This document shows positions 13,215-26,303 of a stretch of 64,000 nt of DNA, piece by piece (position 1 is the stretch's first letter; each line of letters opens with the position of its first letter). Both the position numbers and the translations under genes were made by a program. The notes under the pieces were generated by a model. It was given only the letters and a program-made list of their open reading frames with translations. It did no database searches and had not been told where the DNA came from. The stretch lies in the NCBI RefSeq assembly GCF_006345805.1, contig NC_043001.1:13640001-13704000 (forward strand). Reading direction: 5' to 3'. Origin of the DNA: Octopus sinensis. Lineage: Eukaryota.

Positions 13215-13367
13215 CTGTCTATGTTTGTGTGCCTGTGTTTGTCACCCCATCATCGCTTGATAACCGATGCTTGTGTGTTTACGTTCTCGTAACTTAGCGG
13301 TTCGGCAAAACAGATCGATAGAATAAGTACTAGGCTTACAAAGAATAAGTCCTGGTGTTGATTTGCT
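13125..13367 (+). mobile_element. Inverted duplicate of the adjacent family A copy; right arm of the fold-back
   Basis: Shares private variants (tagaaggaaactg, gtttacgttctcgtaac, atgcttgtgtg) with 12847-13079. Confidence 0.85.
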
Positions 13368-13368
13368 G

Positions 13369-13415
<47 letters not shown>

Positions 13416-13719
13416 CATACACACACAGAGTGAAAAATCTATTGATGTATAAGTACATAGATTTAGAGACGGATTGATAGACATAGGTATAGGTGAAAAA
13501 AAGTGCAAATGGGACAGGAGGTGTAATAGATGGACTAGTGGACAAGTGTACATGTTACAACAGTGAATTGTACGCCAAAAATAAAAGGGAAAAGTAAAAG
13601 GAAGTCGACAAACGTTTCGGGGGTCCCCTTTCCACAAGTAGAGTAAGAAATGCAGTTTAAAAAAGAAACATGGATAAGAAAAGAACCGACACTGATTAAG
13701 TTCATTAATTATATTTACA

Positions 13720-14139
13720 CTAGCAGTATAGCCCGGCGTTGCTCGGGTTTGTTTTTTTAGTTGCGCTTAAAACGGCAGACTTTGATGTCGCATTAACAAA
13801 GTTTTGGCATAGTTTCAATCTTTTTTGAAAAGTAAAAATTTTGCATTATGTAGCTTGTTATTCTCTTTAAGTGAACATTTCTCTGGTTGAAATATACCAA
13901 AAAACGGCGACACAGCAGTCAAAAAATCGTAAAAAATAGGGATTTTCATTGAAAAAAAGCACCTTTTTGATGTAAATAATTCTCGGTCTTAACTTGGTTC
14001 GATTTAACTTCTTCTATCATACTCTCAATTTTGGTCAACTTCCGCCGCAGGGTCTCGGAGGAGATAGTGTTAGTTGAAGGCTACAAAACCTGCCACACAC
14101 GCACACACACACAGACAGCTTCAGCTTTATATGTATAGA
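13720..14139 (-). mobile_element. Non-autonomous Helitron
   Basis: Minus strand A|TC start, subterminal hairpin cccgagcaacgccggg, CTAG|T end. Confidence 0.85.
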
Positions 14140-14859
14140 TTGACATGATATTGTGTTACCTTGTACAACGCATACAAACTGTCCCGCCATTGTATTATCT
14201 TCATTCTGATTTTAAATCTACAAACGATATAATTATTAACATTTCAGTGGCGATGAGTCTTCTATTTTCCCACAAAAAATGTGTAACAACGAAAGTATGG
14301 AATTTTCATAGCTGTTTATTTAATACGTATGTTTGTGTGTGTGTGTGTGTGTGTGTCTGTGTGCCTGTGTGTGCATAGGAGCTGAATGTAAGTACAAGGT
14401 TTTCTTGACAACATTTATTGAAACTGTGATGAAAATAGCCATTACGTTGTTATTTATACAGAAGGAAGTTCAATAAAATAAATGTAAGTAACGGAAATTT
14501 ATACATAAGAAATGTGATGGGAAATTTTCTTCTTCTAAATGAACGGCAAAAAATAATATTCTATAAATAAAGGCTATCATAGCATACAGATATGGAAATG
14601 TTTTATATTTGAAACCTTGTGGACGTATAATTTCTAACTTTCATAATCAATATATTTTGAAATGCGGAAATGGATGTCTATTTTAAGAGTGATAAAGAAA
14701 ATGGGGTTTATTTGTAGCAGCTGCTTCTCTATAGCTTTGCCAGTATGTGGAATATTTTTATACAGTATAAGGTGTGTGCATGAGACTGGAAGCGATCCTC
14801 GGAATTTTTTGCTACAGGAATAAAGTATACTTGTAAGAGTAATTATTTCTACTCTAGGT

Positions 14860-15220
14860 CTGGGAAACTTTGGAAACTAGGTCTGGTACTTCTACTCTAG
14901 GCCTTGGAAACTTTAGGGGAAAAGGGGGCCAGTCGATTACATCGACCCCAGTGCGTAACTGGTACTTATTTTATCGACCTCGTAAGGATGAATGGCAAAG
15001 TCGACCTCGGCGGAATTTTAAATCAGAACATAAATACAGACGAAATGCCTGTTTCTTTATTGCCCACAAGGGGCTAAACACAGAGAGGACAAACAAGGAC
15101 AGACAAACGGATTAAGTTGATTATATCGACACCAGTGCGTACCTGGCACTTATTTAATCGACCCCAAAAGGATGAAAGGTGACCTCGGCGGAATTTGAAC
15201 TCAGAACGTAGCGACAGACG
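14860..15220 (-). mobile_element. SINE family B multimer lacking its head
   Basis: Two core units (gtcgacctcggcggaattt...) on the minus strand. Confidence 0.8.
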
Positions 15221-15282
15221 TATATAATTGAACTATTGAACAATTTGTCGATCTTCCACTATAGGAGAACTTTTATGGATAT

Positions 15283-15361
<79 letters not shown>

Positions 15362-15365
<4 letters not shown>

Positions 15366-15617
15366 CCTGGGTTTCAAGGGCCCACAGCTTTTTAATATTC
15401 CCCAAAGAGTCTGAGGAACTTGCACAAAGTAGATGTAGCGGTTTTTAGATCAAAGCTGGATATCTTCCTTTCGAGAGTCCCAGATGAACCTACCTCGCGG
15501 CAGGAGGTGCAAACTCCATTCTTCACCAAGTGCCACATATTAGACGAGGTTCTTCGCAATAATAGTGTAGCACAAAACGGCGGTGCATCAACATGGCCGC
15601 AGCTCTGAGCTGAAACC
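15362..15617 (+). mobile_element. CR1/L2-type LINE 3' end between (TA)n tracts
   Basis: [33 protein letters not shown]; homologous to 46414-46702. Confidence 0.7.
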
Positions 15618-15723
15618 AGAGAAATATATATATATATATATATTCACACACAGACAATAAGATATTATAATAGTATATTAATATATTATTATATATTAAT
15701 TATTATGGTGTTCCGATAATAAT

Positions 15724-16325
15724 GGCCGCTGTGCCAATATCAACAGAGACTGGCGTGAGGGGTCCACAAGTGATCACACATTACGAAGGTGGTTTCAAAA
15801 TTTCCGTAGTGGTGATGAGGGCCTTGAAAATGAAGAAAGCAGATGACGGTCATGCAGTCTTGACAACGAACAATTGAAAGGAATTGATGAACAAAACCCA
15901 CGTCAATGTATCAGAGAAATATTCTCTTGCCACGGTCTCACGCACTCTGCACAAGATTGGTAAGGGTGAAAGACTCATTAAATGGGTACCGCATGAAAAT
16001 CAAAAAGTTCGGCATTTTGAAGGGTGATCCATGCTCTTTCTGCCAAACACCAATGATACCTCTTTTGACCGAATAGTGGATCCTTGATGAAAACCGTAAG
16101 CGATCAGTTTAATGGCTTGATCGTGATGAGTCCCCACACATTTCCCAAAGCCAAAGTTACATCAGAGAAAGATTATGGTGACTGGCTGGTGGCCTGCAAA
16201 TGGCGTTGTCCATTACAGCTTTCTGGAAGCTAATCAGAGCGTTAGCACAGAGATTTACTGCAATCAACCCGTCAAAATGCATTCTCACTTGCAAAAATTT
16301 AGACCTACATTGGTAAAACTGGCGA
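15724..16325 (+). pseudogene. Mariner transposase pseudogene fragment (different from the 7.7/34.7 kb family)
   Basis: Frameshifted RWFQNFRSGDEGLENE, KWVPHE, WILDENRKRS, FPKPKLHQRKIMVTGWW, VVHYSFLEANQS. Confidence 0.85.
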
Positions 16326-16519
16326 ACAAACAAGTAAACGAACAAGCAGATTAATATATGTATATACACACAGAGAAATATATATATTTGCGCGTGTGTG
16401 TGTATAAACACACAGATTCTATATAATACATATATACACACACACCCGCATAAACGAATACAAAGATGCCAGTGCTCGTCATACACACACACATATGTAC
16501 ACATATGTCCCTGCCGTAA

Positions 16520-17230
16520 AGCTTCACTTCCACACATGTCAGCTTAATTTAATCCGTCCTTGGTCGAAAGACACATATTGTTAATGTCCTGTTATTTGCA
16601 TTTGTATTTGTGTACCATTTCTCCGTTGTTTTTCCGTCCTTGTTTTCGTATACATTCGCTGCTTTCTTCCAAGGAGAGAACTTGGCTTTCATGAAACGTA
16701 GGACATCACATAATTTGTAGGTAAGATGCCTGTTGTTCTGGTTCCACGGTATGCTTCACCTTGTTCAGTAGCTTCTTTGCTTTCGCCAGTTCTTGGACTT
16801 GTCTGTCAGAATTCGTCTCTTGTGCGGTCCGTATGAACGGTATCGGATCTCCTTTTTCAAGGGAAGTATCATAGTTCTGACTCCAGCACGCATCTCTATA
16901 ACTGAGGCCTGGATCCCCTTGCTCGGATCTTCTATCACATTATCCTACAGTTGTTGCATCAATTCCAGCGTGCGGATGCAGACAGAACGCCTACTGTGTC
17001 CATTCCGGACGGTCACAGCTTCAGTCTCCCTTACAGTTGTCCATGTCACTTCTTATAACCACTGCAGAGTCTAAATTGCATTGAGCAGTAGCAATCATGC
17101 TGGTATTTTGATCATCATTGTAAACTACAACTTTAAACCTCATGCTCTGAGACGGTGTTGGCTGTTCACCAATATATCAAGCTCGTCTCGGAAAAAAGAT
17201 ACAAACTTAGTTCGAACAATCTTTACATGT
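16520..17230 (-). mobile_element. Unassigned decayed interspersed repeat, possibly PLE-derived
   Basis: GC-richer than flanks; weak frameshifted YIGE..T motif near 17170; tail-like segment at 16540-16670. Confidence 0.3.
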
Positions 17231-17489
17231 ACCAAGCACCACTACGTTCATTGTAGAGAAATGTAACAGCTGATAACACCGTAAACAGCCACAAAATTTT
17301 AAGAAGTTTCTTCAAATTAACCGAAGTCATTTGATTCCAGATACATGAATGACAAAAATTCACTCTCTCTTTTATATGTTTTGCACTAGAGAGGTCCCTC
17401 TAATATATGAAAAAATATCATGGTGCTCTGCATAACCTGGTATCCGTTGTTCTATTATCGCCTTTAACTATAAGAGCAACACAGGTTTC

Positions 17490-17811
17490 TATGTTATGTT
17501 ATTAATTCCGTTCCTTCTCGAGCCACACCTGGCTCATAAATGCCGGTTTCTCGGTTTCCTTGGCGTATAGGTTCCCCACTTAGACGGGACACCAGGTCCG
17601 TCGCAAGTGAGCTGCAAGATGCAGGAGGAAAGAGTGAGAGAAAGTTGTGGCAAAAGAGTCAGCAGAAGTTCGCCATTACCTTCTGCCGGAGCCGCGTGGA
17701 GCTTAGGTGTTTTCGCTCATAAACACACATATCGCCCGGTCTGAGATTCGAACCCGTGATCCCTCGACCGCGAGTCCGCTGCTCTAACCACTAGGCCATG
17801 TGCATCCACAT
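17490..17811 (-). mobile_element. SINE family C with an RTE-like 3' tail
   Basis: Family C head at 17700-17811; tail on plus reads agccacacctggctcata...ccggtttc...tggcgtata...gacgggac. Confidence 0.8.
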
Positions 17812-18310
17812 GTTATTGATGAGTTGCCATTGTAAAACTTTTTCCTTCATGTACTGAATATTGTGTCTCAAACAGAATCTAACACAATTATTGTCAGTGT
17901 TAAGTTTTACATCCTGTCTGGAGCACAGAATTAATGTGTTTTGTTTGAAATCTAATACGGACGCGTCGTAAAATCTGTATAGCTGGAAAACAATATTTCA
18001 TCATGAACAACAACAACAAGAGATTCTCAGCTTACATAAGCTTACAAAAGCCACATAACAATTAAGTTCACTAAAACTGTTATCACAAAATGTGTTAGTT
18101 TTTACTTATATATACAAAATTACCTCACACTAGAGCACACAGGCATGCACGCATACACAAGTCTTCAATCATTTCCATCCGCTAGGATGTTAACCCAACA
18201 TTCTACTTGGTATTACTTCTGACTCTATCAGTTTCAAGTTCCACTGTAATAATTTTTTACTTCTTGTATGCCTGTACACACACATACACGCACACACACA
18301 AACACACACG

Positions 18311-18357
<47 letters not shown>

Positions 18358-18376
18358 ATGTACAATGTATGTATAT

Positions 18377-18434
<58 letters not shown>

Positions 18435-18440
18435 CATACA

Positions 18441-18733
18441 TGTGGAGGCGCAATGGTTAGGGCAGCGGATTCGCGGTCGTAGGATCGCTGTTTCAATTCC
18501 CAGACCGGGCGTTGTGAGTATTTATTGAGCGAAAACACCCAAAACTCCACGAGCCTCCGGCAGGGGATGGTGGCGATCCCTGCTGTACTCTTTCGCCACA
18601 ACTTTCTCTCACTCTTGTTTCTGTTGGCCTGCTCGCTTAGCCAGCGGGGTGGCGTCAATTGAAGGCTAAAACACAATGCGAAGCGCATTGTGACCAGCGG
18701 TGTGTAGCAACATCTGATAGCCTGGTCGGTAAC
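18441..18733 (+). mobile_element. SINE family C with a third tail type
   Basis: Same head, then ttggcctgctcgcttagccagcgggg...gcgcattgtgaccagcg...ctgatagcctggtcgg. Confidence 0.85.
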
Positions 18734-18767
18734 GATGGATGGATGGATATACATACATATATATATA

Positions 18768-18814
<47 letters not shown>

Positions 18815-18927
18815 CACACACACATACGTATGCATATGCACACACATACACCACCCGCGCAATTATAACTACAAACATACTGAGACAGACAGACAGACAG
18901 ACATATACTCACGTGCACGCACACCTC

Positions 18928-19335
18928 CATTCACCCAAAGCACAAGAAGACAAACATCTCCTTCGATCTAGCGAGAAGAATCTGTACAATTGTCTCAAAT
19001 TATGAAACGCGAAATAAAAGACTCGAAGAGCTAAAGGAATTTCTTCTCGAAAGACAATAACCAGCATCATTAGTTGACAATGGAATAGAACGGGCCAACA
19101 CGATCGATATCCAAGACTTACGAAAACCGAAACACACGCAAGGTACATTAAATAATTTCCCATATCTCTCAACAAACAATCCAAGGAATACAGAAGCTTA
19201 CACGATTATATACAAGATTACCCCACTATTGAGTCAGCAATGAGTCTATGTAATCGCCTTGCCCCTCCCGCCAAAAACAAACATTTAGACTGGCCGCCTT
19301 TACTAGAAAGGAATATATTCACAAAATTGGACACC
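18928..19335 (+). pseudogene. Penelope-like element RT C-terminal/linker remnant
   Basis: HKKTNISFDLARRICTIVSNYETRNKRLEELKEFLLERQ*PASLVDNGIERA...PYLSTNNP matches the PLE thumb region as I recall it. Confidence 0.75.
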
Positions 19336-19362
19336 GCCAAATTAATTTTCGTGTATACATGG

Positions 19363-20286
19363 AAGGCGGCGAGCTGGCAGAAACGTTAGCACGCCGGGCG
19401 AAATGCGAAGCAGTATTCCGTCTGCCGTTACGTTCTGTGTTCAAATTCCGCCGAGGTCGACTTTGCTTTTCATCCTTTCGGGGTCGATAAATTAAGTACC
19501 AGTTACGCACTGGGGTCGATATTATAGACTTAATCCATTTCTTTGTCCTTGTTTGTCTCCTCTACGTTTAGCCCCTTGTGGGCAATAGAGAAATAAGAAA
19601 CGTTAGCACGCCGGGCGAAATGCGTGGCGGTGTTTACTCTGCCGTTACGTTCTGAGTTCAAATTCCGCCGAGGTCGATTTTACCTTTCATCCTTTCGGGA
19701 TCGATAAATTAAGTACCAATTACGCACTGGGGTCGATATAATCGACTTAATCCGTTTGTCTGTCCTTGTTTGTCTCCTCTGTGTTTAGCCCCTTGTGGGT
19801 AGTAAAGAATATTATTTTTCGTGTATACATGGAAGGCGGCGAGCTGGCAGAAACGTTAGCACGCCGGGCGAAATGCGAAGCAGTATTCCGTCTGCCGTTA
19901 CGTTCTGTGTTCAAATTCCGCCGAGGTCGACTTTGCTTTTCATCCTTTCGGGGTCGATAAATTAAGTACCAGTTACGCACTGGGGTCGATATTATAGACT
20001 TAATCCATTTCTTTGTCCTTGTTTGTCTCCTCTACGTTTAGCCCCTTGTGGGCAATAGAGAAATAAGAAACGTTAGCACGCCGGGCGAAATGCGTGGCGG
20101 TGTTTACTCTGCCGTTACGTTCTGAGTTCAAATTCCGCCGAGGTCGATTTTACCTTTCATCCTTTCGGGATCGATAAATTAAGTACCAATTACGCACTGG
20201 GGTCGATATAATCGACTTAATCCGTTTGTCTGTCCTTGTTTGTCTCCTCTGTGTTTAGCCCCTTGTGGGTAGTAAAGAAATATTAT
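19363..20286 (+). mobile_element. Two near-identical ~470-bp SINE family B dimers in tandem
   Basis: ttttcgtgtatacatgg at 19346-19362, 19816-19832 and 20287-20303 brackets both units. Confidence 0.92.
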
Positions 20287-20879
20287 TTTTCGTGTATACA
20301 TGGTTGGTGATATGGCAGGACATTTAACGGTTTATGTTTTTATAAATGTAAACTTTATAATTTTAAGAGAAATTATATTCTTCCTTCAGAAATAGAATTC
20401 AATATTACTAACTATATGGCTAAAATGAGAAATCTGTCGATAAAGCTGCTAAATTAATGACGCATTTATTAATGAACATGTTGAAAACTGCAAATAAATA
20501 ATCGGTGAAATAAGTGGAAGCAATTACTGTATGGCATAATTACAGAGTAAATTGCATTTCTGGTATAGGTTATTGTTCCATAGATAATGGAGGAGCCGGG
20601 GAAACATCTGCCTATTTAAATATTAACACGTGTTAGTGGGTTTTACTTAACACAAACTAACAATGCCAATGTAATTTATTATAATGCTTTCATTGTACAT
20701 CATATGGAAATTAATTGCTGCAACCGTGTGCCTGTAATTATTTAAGCATTACGCTTAAGGCTGATATAGTTGTAAATGTTAATTAAACCAGACTATATAC
20801 GCAATCGGATTTTAAAACCTTCTTAGCTTAACGTTGGGCTTCTTTTACAGTTTATTGAGATTATCCTTTCTACACAAAA

Positions 20880-21289
20880 AGGCGGCGAGCTGGCACAAAC
20901 GTTAGCACGCCGGGCGAAATACTTAGCAGTATTTCGTCTGCCGTTACGTTCTGAGTTCAAATTCCGCCGATCTCGACTTTGCCTTTCATCCTTTCGGGGT
21001 CGATAAATTAAGTACCAGTTACGCACTGCGGCCGATATAATCGACTTAATCCGTATGTCTGTCTTTGTTTGTCTCATCTGTGTTTAGCCCCTTGTGGGTA
21101 GTAAAGAAGTAAGTATTTCGTCTGGCATTACGTTCTGAGTTCAAATTTCGCCGAGGTCGACTTTACCTTTCATCCTTTCAGTGTCGATAAATTAAGTACC
21201 AGTTACGCACTAGTGTCGATATAATCGACTTAGTCCCTTTGTCCTTGTTTGTCTCCTCTATGTTTAGCCCCTTGTGGGCAGTAAAGAAT
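20880..21289 (+). mobile_element. SINE family B dimer, 20-bp TSD
   Basis: TSD attatcctttctacacaaaa at 20860-20879 and 21290-21309. Confidence 0.92.
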
Positions 21290-21545
21290 ATTATCCTTTC
21301 TACACAAAATATTGTTTCAGGCATTCTTTCTTACTAATTGACTTATTTAGCATTTTACAATTATTGGTTTCGAGAATTTTGTTACTTGTATTAGTAATAT
21401 CTTTGTTCTTTAACAGTTGCATTTATAATCCAACACTAAATATTTCATAATTGTTTTGTAGTTGCTTAATTTTGTTGGATCAAAGTACTTGAGGAAAATA
21501 CAAATGTTCAAATATTCCATGACCTTTACAGTATTCGGACGTTAT

Positions 21546-21779
21546 AAAGGCGGCGAGCTGGGAGAAACGTTAGCACGCCGGGCGAAATGCTTAGCCGTAT
21601 TTCGTCTGCGTTACGTTCTGAGTTCAAATTCCACCGATGTCGACTTTGCCTCTCATCCTTTCGGGGTTGATTAAATAAGTACCAGTTACGCACTGGGGTC
21701 GATATAATCGACTTAATCCGTTTTTATGTCCTTGTTTGTCCCTTCTCCGTTTAGCCCCTAGTGTGTAGTAAAGAAATTC
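21546..21779 (+). mobile_element. SINE family B monomer, 15-bp TSD
   Basis: gta(t/c)tcggacgttat at 21531-21545 and 21780-21794. Confidence 0.9.
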
Positions 21780-22984
21780 GTACTCGGACGTTATTTTTAC
21801 CGTTTTATCACCCAATTATCTGAATTGACACGATCCTTTTTTTTAATGAGTCTTATATCTTTTTAGTTGGAAATTCAGAACGCTGACATAGTTTCCAGTC
21901 AATTAAATCTCAAACTCTCTCATGTCTATGCATATGCTTCCCATGCTAACACAAGATCAATGAGGAAATGTTTCTCCACAACCTTCATATATTCTGGAGT
22001 TGTTTAATGTATTTTTCAATTTTACATGAGTTTGCTGCCACAATTAATTATGTTTTAGTTTCAAGATTGAAAAGAAAGCAACTAAGCCTTTTTATTTATT
22101 TATCCATTTATTCAATTAAATACATTCGATATTTTTATATTCCTTATTTTTTTTTCTGCTATTACTCACGCAAACATGTTTGAATAGCTTAATTTGTAAC
22201 TTCGTTTTAGTAATATTTTTTTTCAATATTGTTCTTCGTTTCTCATCTCAGCTCACGTGTCTTTGTCATTTCAACTATATTTTACGTTTAATTATTTGCT
22301 GCCTTCCTTGAACGGGGTTTGCTTATTTTCTTCTTGTTTTGCAAGATTTTGTATCAGTTATTTTATTGTACAAATCTATACATATAAAACTACATATAAA
22401 TTAGTGCAGTTTTTGTGTGGCATGCGTTCCTTAGCTCCTTGTGTATAAAATATTTCTATGGATTTTTGCTGATGGACTCCTGATGTCGAATTGTGTTTGT
22501 TCCCCTAAATACATGTCCCTGCTAATTATTATAACTCCTCCTTTCAAGACTGACAAATTCAGTTATTTTGTTTGTAACTTCAGATGTATTCATAATTTAC
22601 TTGTGACCCAATTCAAGTATATTTTTACGATTGCTCTAACTCTTAGCTAATGTTTACAGAATTCACGAGTGGGAAAAACTATAGAAATATTTCTAATTGT
22701 CAATCCATGTTATACTTAGACCGTCCAGCTTCTACTGTCATCTGTTACGTTTTATTTAATCTGTAATGTATTTTGGAGCAGGAGAACTTCTAAAACATCT
22801 CTTTCTATCCCCTGGAAACGCAAATCTCTTAGTATATCATCAAATTAAATGCATTCCAACCTGAAACAATGCATACCATAAGTATGCACCCATTTCAGGT
22901 TATACGGTAATTTACCCCCGCCCCTAACTTGTGACATTCTGTATCTTATTAAACAACTAGACTAGTACTTTAAGCTTAAATTTA

Positions 22985-23889
22985 GACAATTTTTGTACAC
23001 TGAGGCATAATGTCCAGTAGACCTAACTCTTTACTCGGTCATGTCTATATATACATTCAGATTTGGCAATGACTGGACAGTCAGAAATAATGTGGTCAAC
23101 TGTCTCATTGTGCTGGTTTCACATTCTGCATTCGCTGTCAGCGCTTCTTTTCATTATTTTGGTTTTTATTGATGTTTATGGTCAGGGATCTTTCCTAATC
23201 TACCACAACGATGTCTGGTCTCGGAGCATTGATTACAGAGCTACATTAAATTGTAATATATCAATATCGTACTCACAGTCTCTTTCTTTTGTGTTCTTTT
23301 CTTCAACCAATGACACCTATTTTTTCCAACAACATGGAATTGATTGTGTAGTCCATTGATTCTCAATTCTTCTCCGTGTCCTTTTTGTACTTCTTCCATC
23401 GTTTTTCCTTTTTTTCTCTACTTTCAATACTCCCTCGCTCCAAACTGTCTCTAGCAAGGTTTCCTTACTTTGGGCTAAGAATCTCATTACGCTCTCAAGT
23501 TGGATACGTACGCAGTTTTCCACACTTATCAGCCCTCTTCCCCCATTTGCTCCCTTCATGTATAGGCAATCAGTACCTGCACGTAAATAAAGGGCTCCAT
23601 ACAACATGAGGAGCTTTCTTGACATTTTCTCCATCTCCTCCTCTGTCCATTTCAGGATTTCAGCACCATACCGATCTACTGTGGCTGCGCATGAATCTAT
23701 TGCCAAACTTATGTTTCTGACAATCAGCTTTGAAGCCAGTATTTTTCTCAAGCACCGCAGACACTCTTTTTTGTCTTTTACTTCATGCCACTGTGTGTAA
23801 TTCCATCTGCTTCAAGTATTCCCAGATATTCATAGCTGCATTCAGTTTGAATTGCCTTCACCATTTCACCACTTGGAAATCGTATACCA
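22985..23889 (-). pseudogene. R4/Dong-type LINE fragment (RT thumb to CCHC finger), decayed
   Basis: YEYLGILEAD, GGRGLISVE, ETVDHIISDCPVIAKSECIYRHDRV; begins at the (AAT)n tract 23890-23955. Confidence 0.85.
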
Positions 23890-23899
23890 TTATTATTAA

Positions 23900-23939
<40 letters not shown>

Positions 23940-24184
23940 GTTATTATTATTATTTATGGGTTTTTCTTCTTCTTTCAAATTTGCTTCCATTTCTTGCCGA
24001 GTGTCTTCCCGACTCCTAGGGCAAAGAAACTCATTGTATACATTGGTAGGTCATTAAACTTAACTCACTAGTTCGTTAATTTTTTTTTTATAGAAATAAA
24101 GTTAAATTAAAATACATTGGTAGTAATAGTTCTCACATCGACAATGCTCTTCTCAATATGTGTGATGTACCAGTTAAAACAATC

Positions 24185-24265
24185 TTATGCACTTCTTGCA
24201 GGGCTTATTCTCATATAATTTTCTGTTCCCTTCTTGATCATTCCTAGTGCTCCTAAGATCATTGG

Positions 24266-24268
<3 letters not shown>
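24185..24268 (-). mobile_element. R4/Dong-type LINE 3' ORF scrap next to (AAT)n
   Basis: PMILGALGMIKKGTENYMRI. Confidence 0.7.
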
Positions 24269-24306
<38 letters not shown>

Positions 24307-24310
24307 CATT

Positions 24311-24845
24311 GAGTGAGGGAGCAGAGCATGCCATTAATGTGACACGGGTAAAATATACGAAGTCCAATATAGCCATCATGACTACCCGTCTGATAAGGGT
24401 ACACTAGGCACATGCATTACAACCATATGTGCATGACATGGTGATCTCACATCAAGATAAACAGCGCATGACCCTACAGATGGGGCCAAGTTAGAATTTC
24501 ATCCCGCTCAAAGGGTCCCTTTATAAGGATTGTTTAAGAATGTTGAACGAATGACCCATGTTTCCAAAGGTGAATTATCCAAACCTCTAAGAATTCCTTT
24601 CAACAAACGGAAATGATACTCCCACACTACTTCTGCTTGTGGTCAGAGATGCACATATTACCAGTCACTAAGAGACATGGTCAACTGGTTAAGGTCAAAC
24701 AACTGATAAGCAAATCGGTGGTATTGAGCAGAATATTTGCTGTAGCCCATCTTTTAAAAACCAAGACAAAACAATGTACATGAAAACACTTCCAATCAGT
24801 TAAGATTAGAAGCCACGAGAGCCACTACCTGGTACTGCATCAGAG
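24311..24845 (-). mobile_element. Non-coding ~540-bp interspersed repeat (family D) with (AAT)n tail
   Basis: Homologous to 54744-55295; triplet-repeat flanks on both sides. Confidence 0.8.
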
Positions 24846-25708
24846 TATTATTATTATTTTTATCATCATCATCATTATCATCATCATCATCATCATCATC
24901 ATCATCGTCGTCGTCGTCGTCGTCGTCATCATCATCATCATCATCATTAACACTGCAAGCTCGCAGAATTGGTAATGTGTTGTACAAAAGTGGTCCACTT
25001 AGCCTTAAATCTTTAAATGGTCGATATAGCGAGTACCAGTTGAGTAAGGGGGTCAATGTAATCAACCTTTTCCCATCCCATCCCCTCAAAATTGCTGACA
25101 TTGCTCTAAAATTACAAAGAGCTAATATCATTTTTATCATTGTTGCCGTTCTTATTCAATCAGAAAGGTAAATGCCATTCTGAATACTTCATTATTTCTT
25201 TCTAATTTCCTCTCATTCAAGTCCTTCAAATCATTGGATTCCATTACGTTCTCTTAAACATAATTATATAAATATTTCCGGTTGTTATTGAAAATTCGAT
25301 AATAAATTTCATGCTTATTCGAAGTTTATTGATATTTCCAAAGAATACATTAATTTATTATCCTAAAAATTCCTTTTCGCTATTGACTTATTTCGTTTTC
25401 TGAACATAAAATAGCGACCTCACAATATCCTGACCAATCAGCACTTTCACATTCTCCTTAGAGAAATGATTGCGGAGAAAATATTTATGGCGTAATAAGA
25501 TTTAGTAGAATTTGCTCATACAATGTCTCCAACGGTAATAAAACGTTCACCTGATGTTTCTTTCTCCAGCAGTATAGAACCACGTACAGAATCCTAATAT
25601 GGCTTATACTCCTCACTTTGATAAAATATAGAATCTACAGGTTTAACAGGAAAATTTTCTGGGTTTTTCTATGGTTAACTGATTGCTTGGGTTTATATAA
25701 CTAAATGC

Positions 25709-26079
25709 TGTGGAGGCGCAATGGTCCAGTGGTTAGGGCAGCGGACTCGCGGTCGTAGGATCGCGGTTTCGATTCCCAGACCGGGCGTTGTGAGTGTTTA
25801 TTGAGCGAAAACACCTAAAAGCTCCACGAGTCTCCGGCAGGGGATGGTGGTGATCCCTGCTGTACTCTTTCACCACAACTTTCTCTCACTCTTACTTCCT
25901 GTTTCTGTTGTACCTGTATTTCAAAGGGCCGGCTTTGTCACTCTCTGTGTCACGCTGAATATCCCCGAGAACTACGTTAAGGGTACACGTGTCAGTGGAA
26001 TGCTCAGCCACTTGCACGTTAATTCCACGAGCAAGCTGTTCCGTTGATCGTATCAGCTGGGACCCTCATCGTCGTAACC
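25709..26079 (+). mobile_element. SINE family C flanked by a 60-bp direct duplication
   Basis: Flanks 25649-25708 and 26080-26139 match at 58/60. Confidence 0.92.
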
Positions 26080-26303
26080 GGAAAATTTCCTGGGTTTTTC
26101 TATGGTTAACTGATTGCTTGGGTATATATAACTAAATGCGTTCTAATCACGATTATTCAGCCTTTTTACTTCAAAAAAAAATATTTCTATTCCCAAAACG
26201 CTGATGAGAAGTGAAATATATTTGGTTGATGTTTTACAACAAAGTAGTTCTTTCGTCTATTACGCTTACGAATGCTATTAAGCATTATAATTGTAATATA
26301 AAA

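Noticed and set aside
13595-13645. Minus-strand ggggaccccgaaacgtt, hammerhead-like
   Set aside because: No CUGANGA, a 1-nt stem II loop and no stem I; at most a decayed PLE end.
19363-21779. CRISPR-like repeat array
   Set aside because: These are SINE multimers and TSDs, with no unique spacers and no cas genes, in a eukaryotic context.
22858-22901. 44-nt hairpin as a pre-miRNA
   Set aside because: Too short and bulged; no supporting evidence.
25432-25442. CCAAT box (gaccaatcagc) as a promoter
   Set aside because: A single short motif with no TSS evidence; expected by chance.
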